Shown in pieces: positions 59,337-64,000 of a stretch of DNA of 64,000 nucleotides. The stretch lies in contig CAVZHW010000006.1 of the NCBI GenBank assembly GCA_963775225.1, positions 88,329-152,328 of the forward strand. The letters run 5' to 3'. How positions within the stretch are numbered: the stretch's first letter is position 1; every line of letters begins with the position of its first letter. The position numbers were made by a program, and so were the translations under genes. Source of the stretch: an uncultured Chloroflexia bacterium (GTDB lineage: Bacteria > Chloroflexota > Limnocylindria > Limnocylindrales > CSP1-4). The notes below the pieces were generated by a model. That model saw only the letters and a program-made list of their open reading frames with translations, was not told the origin of the DNA and did not search any database.

Positions 59337-61577
59337 GAGAGATCGCGCTGGACCAGGTGCACGTCCTTGATCTGCTCGATGCGCGACAGCACGCGCGCCA
59401 GTTGCGCGACCGACGCCACCTGCAGCGTCGCCAGGAAGGTCGCGGTGTGATCGGGGTTGGTGCGCACGTTGGCAGCGATGATGTTGACCTTGTTCTCGGC
59501 GACTACGTTGGTGATCTCCGATAGCAGGCCCGGCCGGTCGTAGGCCTCAACCCTGATCGCGATCGGATAGGTCTGCTGGTAGCCGCCCTCCCACTCGACC
59601 TCGATCAGCCGGCCGACCTCCTTCTCGTTGACCACCGTCGGACAGGTCGGCAGGTGAACGGTCACGCCGCGGCCACGGGTGATGTAGCCGAGGATCGGGT
59701 CACCCGGGATGGGATGGCAGCAGCGCGCGAAGCGAATCATCAGGTCGCCCACGCCCTTGACCCGAACGCCGCCCTCAGCGCGCGCAGGAGCAGGCGGTGC
59801 CGTCTGTGGCAGGACCTGCTCATTGCCGTCGTCGACCACGTCGAGTTGCGTGACCACCGCCTGGGCGGAAACCGCGCCGTAGCCGATCGCCGCGAAGAAG
59901 TCGTCAACCGACTGGTAGCGGTACTGCTCGGCCATCTCGGCGATGCGCTCGGGGCCGAGTTTCTCGATCGAGGTGCGTGCCAGACGGCGCAGCTCGCGCT
60001 CGAGCGACTCGTGGCCGTGGACGATGTTCTCGTCGCGTTCCTGGCGCTTGAACCACTGGCGGATCTTTTCCCGCGCGTGACCGGTCTGGACGATCTTCAT
60101 CCAGTCGCGTGACGGGCCGTGGGCGGCCTTGGTCGTGACGATCTCGACGATGTCGCCGTTCTTCAGTTTGTAGTCGAGCGGCACCAGCCGGTTGTTGACC
60201 TTGGCGCCGATGCACGAGTGGCCGACGTCGGTGTGAATCCGGTAGGCGAAATCGAGTGGCGTCGAGCCGGCGGGGAGATCCTTGACGTCGCCGCGTGGCG
60301 TGAACACGAAGACCTGGTCCTGGAACAGATCGACCTTGAGGCCCTCGACGAACTCGGTCGCGTCCGACACCTCGCGCTGCCAGTCCATCAGCTGGCGCAC
60401 CCAGGCGAGCTTGGCGTCGTAATCCTTCTCGAAGCGGCCGCCGTCCTTGTAGCGCCAGTGCGCGGCGATGCCCACCTCGCTGATGCGATGCATGGCGTGG
60501 GTGCGGATCTGTACCTCGAGCGGCTTGCCGTCGAGCGCGATCACCGCGGTGTGGAGGCTCTGGTATCCGTTGGTCTTGGGCACCGCGATGTAGTCGTCGA
60601 ACTGGCCGGGGATCGGTCGCCACATCGAGTGCACCACGCCCAGCGCGGCGTAGCAGTCGGCCACCTCGTCGACCAGCACGCGCAGCGCGTGGACGTCGTA
60701 GATCTCGCTCGAAGTCGGCGCTCTTGCGCTGCATCTTCTTCCAGATGCTGCTGATGTGCTTGGGTCGGCCTGATAGCTCGGCCTTGATTCCGGCGTGCTC
60801 GAGGGCGTCAGTCAGCACGCCCTGCGCCCGGCGGACGTACGCCTCGCGCGCGCGACGCTGCGTCTCGAGCTGGTCGGCCAGCCGGCGGTAGGCGTCCGGC
60901 TCGAGCACCTTGAACGACAGGTCCTCGAGCTCCCACTTGATCTGCCAGATGCCGAGACGCTCCGCCAATGGTGCATAGATCTCAGCCGTCTGGCGGGCGA
61001 TGCGCTGCTGCTTCTCGGCCGACAGCGCGGAGATGGTGCGCATGTTGTGCAGCCGATCGGCGAGCTTGATGAGCACGACACGGATGTCCTCCGCCATCGC
61101 CAGGAGCATCTTGCGGATGTTCTCGGCCTGCTGCTCCTCGTGGCTCCGCGCACCTAACTTGGACAGCTTGGTGACGCCGTCGACGAGACGCGTCACGTCG
61201 GCGCCGAAGCGCTCCTCGATGTCGGTCAGCGAGTAGTCGGTGTCTTCGGGGATGTCGTGCAGCAGGGCGGCGATGATCGCCTGGGGGTCGAGGCCGAGCT
61301 CGACCAGGATGCGTGCCACCGCCAGCGGGTGGCTGACGTACGGCTCGCCGCTCTCGCGCTGCTGCGCCGCGTGCGCCTCCACGGCGAATTGCCAGGCTCG
61401 GCGGACCTCGGGCAGGTCGGCGTTGGGATAGTGGACCAGCAGCTCTTCTTCGAGCCGGCGCTCGGCGGCGTTCAGGGCGCGCCGGCTGTAGCCAACCGCA
61501 AGCGGGCGGCCCACCCGGTCTCGCGATGGAGTTGTTGCGACACGCGCCTTCGCTGGCGTCATCGGCTCGATGGACAT
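59333..61577 (-). pseudogene. relA: bifunctional (p)ppGpp synthetase/hydrolase Rel with a +1 frameshift near 60708 (possibly a sequencing error)
   Basis: HD hydrolase and IKLADRLHN/GRPKH in one frame; EIYD...YQSLHT, EVQIRT, TGS and ACT domains in another; junction GAC TTC GAG C GAG ATC TAC. Confidence 0.85.
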
Positions 61578-61604
61578 CCTTTTCTGAGTGTACCTTCGGT
61601 GCTC

Positions 61605-62906
61605 ATGCCAAAGCCCCCGACTCGCCTCGCATGCCTGATCGTGGCCACGCTCGTGATCGCGTGCACGACACAGTCGACGGCGACGCCCAGTCCCACTCCG
61701 GCAGCCGCCGTGACGCCGGCGCCGACCGTCACGCCGGTGGCGAGCGCCAGCGCGAGCCCGTCACCCGCGACAGCGTCTCCCTCTCAGCCCACTGCCACGC
61801 CGGTCGCGACAGCCACCGCCAGCCCCACGCCCTCCGCGCAGGGGGCGCCGCTCAGTGTCTTGCTGGGTAGCTCACTGAGCGACACGCTCGAGCAGCAGCG
61901 CACCGCGAACGGCATCCCGGGCATCTCCGCCGAGATCATCTTTCCCGACGGCAGCACCTGGAGCGACGCCGACGGGCTGGCCCAGCTCGACCCGCCCGTC
62001 TCGGCGACACCCGACACGCTCTACGTCGTGGGCTCGATGAGCAAGACGTTCGTGACCGCGTTGATCATGCAGCTCGCCGAACAGGGCAAGCTGACCATCG
62101 ACGATCCCTTATCGAACTGGCTGCCCGACTATCCCAACGCCGCCAACATCACCATCGGCGAACTGCTCAGCCACACCAGCGGCGTCCACGACTTCTTCGA
62201 GAACGGCTCGTATTCGCCGCTGGTCATCCACGACCCGCTCCGCGCCTGGACGCCGCAGGAGACGCTCGACTCGCTCGTCGGCCCGCCGTACTTCGAGCCG
62301 GGCACCGGCTACCACTACAGCAGCACCAACTTCATCCTGCTCGGGCTGGTGCTCGAGCAGGCCACCGGCAAGCAGCTGGGCGCCCTGCTGCGCCAGCGCC
62401 TGTTCAAGCCGATCGGCCTCGACCACACCTATTTCCAGGACGCTGCCCACGCACCGGCGGCGGGCGCCGCCGTGGGTCACTCGGCCACCACCGGCGCCGA
62501 CATCAGCGACGGGACGAACTACCGACCGACCACCTCAGAGGCGACCGTCGCCTGGGCTGCGGGCGCCATCCTGAGCGACGTCACCGACATCGCGACATGG
62601 TGCCGGACCCTCTACGGCGGCCACCTGCTGCAGCCGGACTCGCTCGCCCAGATGGAGAACTACGACTACTCGCCGTACAGCGACGAAACGTACGGACTGG
62701 GCACGCGCACGCGGATCTTCGACGGCGAGCGGATGTTCGGCCACACGGGCTCGCTGCGCGGCTTCTACGGCGCCATGTGGTACTACCCCGACTCGGACCT
62801 GACGGTGGTCGTGCTCGACAACAAGGGGCGCATCGACCCCAATCCCATCGCCGACGCATTGGCCGGACCCGCCCTGCCGGTGTCGAACCAGTACCTCGGG
62901 CGCTAG
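61605..62906 (+). CDS. serine hydrolase (beta-lactamase/D-Ala-D-Ala carboxypeptidase-like) lipoprotein
   Basis: Lipobox VIAC, PT/S linker, SMSK (SxxK), LLSHTSG, YSSTN and GHTG motifs. Confidence 0.88.
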   Translation: MPKPPTRLACLIVATLVIACTTQSTATPSPTPAAAVTPAPTVTPVASASASPSPATASPSQPTATPVATATASPTPSAQGAPLSVLLGSSLSDTLEQQRTANGIPGISAEIIFPDGSTWSDADGLAQLDPPVSATPDTLYVVGSMSKTFVTALIMQLAEQGKLTIDDPLSNWLPDYPNAANITIGELLSHTSGVHDFFENGSYSPLVIHDPLRAWTPQETLDSLVGPPYFEPGTGYHYSSTNFILLGLVLEQATGKQLGALLRQRLFKPIGLDHTYFQDAAHAPAAGAAVGHSATTGADISDGTNYRPTTSEATVAWAAGAILSDVTDIATWCRTLYGGHLLQPDSLAQMENYDYSPYSDETYGLGTRTRIFDGERMFGHTGSLRGFYGAMWYYPDSDLTVVVLDNKGRIDPNPIADALAGPALPVSNQYLGR

Positions 62907-62909
62907 GCG

Positions 62910-64000
62910 CTAGTCCGCACCCGAGTAGCCCATCTCCGTGAGGGCCTGGCGGGCGACCTCGGCCTCGTTCCACGGCACCCGGCCGGCGGCGGTCATGATC
63001 CGATCGACGTGGCCCATGCCGGCGAGCAGCACCACGTCGCCGGGGCGGGCGAGCTCGAACGCCTGGCGAATGGCCTTGTCCCGGTCCGGGATCAGGAACA
63101 GGTCGTGGCCGCGCCGCCGGCCGGCTTCCTCCGCTCCGGCGGCGATCTGCTCGAGGATGCCCATGCGATCCTCGTCGCGTGGGTCGTCGTCGGCGAGCAC
63201 CACGACCCGGCAGCGCTCGCCTGCCGCGCGGCCCATCATCGGCCGCTTCAGGGTGTCGCGCGCGCCGGGTGAGCCGAACACCGCAATCAGGCCACCGCCG
63301 CGGACAGCCGCGTGCGGCGCGAGCGAGTCGAGCGCGGCCTCGAGCGCCCCCGGCGTGTGGGCAAAGTCCACGAACACGGTGAACGGCTGACCCGCGTCCA
63401 CGCGCTGCAACCGTCCGGGGACCCCTGCCAGCGCGGCCAGGCCGCGGCGCATGGAGTCCGAGTCAAGCCCGAGCGCCTCGCCCACCCCGATCGCGGCCAG
63501 CGCGTTGTACGCGTTGAAGCTGCCCGTCAGCTGCAGCTCGACATCGTCCTCCCAGCGTGGCGTGCGCACGCGCAGGTGCAGCCGCCGCCCATCGTCATGC
63601 AATCGCGTGGCGCAGACGTCCGCCGCTGTGTCGGGATCGACCGCGTAGGTCAGCACGCGCGCCCCAGCGTGCTCGGCAGCCCTGACGAAGCCGGGCGCCT
63701 CGTGATCCTCGGCGTTGATCACCGCGGCCTTGCCCCAGCCCTTGTCGGGGTTCGTCTGCGACGTGGCGAGGCGCTCGAAGAGCGACCGCTTGGCCGCGAC
63801 GTACGCCTCGTAGGTGCCGTGCAGGTCGAGGTGCTCATGGGTGATGTTGGTCAGCACGGCGACGTCGTAGGCGACCTCTGCGACCCGTTCGAGTGCGAGC
63901 CCGTGCGAGGTCGATTCGAGGACGGCGAAGCGGTCGCCGACGGCGACCATACGCGCCAGGTCAGCCTGGATGATCGGCGCCTCCGGCGTCGTGTGACCGG
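62910..64000 (-). CDS. murE: UDP-MurNAc-tripeptide synthetase MurE (5' end outside the window)
   Basis: HTTPEA, ESTSHGL, TNITHEHLD.H, FNAYN, VPGRL, DFAHTP and DDPR motifs. Confidence 0.92.
   Translation of the reverse strand, partial: GHTTPEAPIIQADLARMVAVGDRFAVLESTSHGLALERVAEVAYDVAVLTNITHEHLDLHGTYEAYVAAKRSLFERLATSQTNPDKGWGKAAVINAEDHEAPGFVRAAEHAGARVLTYAVDPDTAADVCATRLHDDGRRLHLRVRTPRWEDDVELQLTGSFNAYNALAAIGVGEALGLDSDSMRRGLAALAGVPGRLQRVDAGQPFTVFVDFAHTPGALEAALDSLAPHAAVRGGGLIAVFGSPGARDTLKRPMMGRAAGERCRVVVLADDDPRDEDRMGILEQIAAGAEEAGRRRGHDLFLIPDRDKAIRQAFELARPGDVVLLAGMGHVDRIMTAAGRVPWNEAEVARQALTEMGYSGAD

Overview
High-GC bacterial chromosome segment, mostly core genes on the minus strand. Gene content and style suggest Chloroflexota, perhaps Limnocylindria-like; that is an inference, not a search result. 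The minus-strand gene order, with intervening genes omitted, is murE (partial), relA (frameshifted), hisS, aspS, typA, iscS, mnmA, alaS, ftsA-like, baseplate-J-like, ruvX, mltG, M24 peptidase, efp, xseA, xseB, dxs, a 7-kb accessory island, tlyA, nadK, recN, xerD, scpA, scpB, rluB::cmk fusion, plsC, ispH, der, gpsA and tRNA-Pro(GGG). A decayed islet (recombinase remnant, RHH/PIN toxin-antitoxin pair, Crp fragment) and an AmmeMemoRadiSam trio follow. The main observation is a family of ~217-bp intergenic elements with bipartite, co-varying terminal inverted repeats at 21679-21895, 28772-28987, 43339-43555 and a degenerate copy at 42345-42542. Two copies sandwich an XRE-HTH + PD-(D/E)xK-like nuclease gene, and two bracket the ECF-sigma/LuxR-TM/ABC-transporter island. 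This resembles a REPIN/RAYT arrangement but with a different candidate enzyme. Other points of note are an orphan FtsA-like plus baseplate-J-like membrane pair linked to mltG, a giant ABC permease with a degenerate M28 peptidase domain, a split STAND adenylate cyclase, an RluB-Cmk fusion and apparently widespread leaderless transcription. All calls come from motif recognition by eye; no database searches were run.
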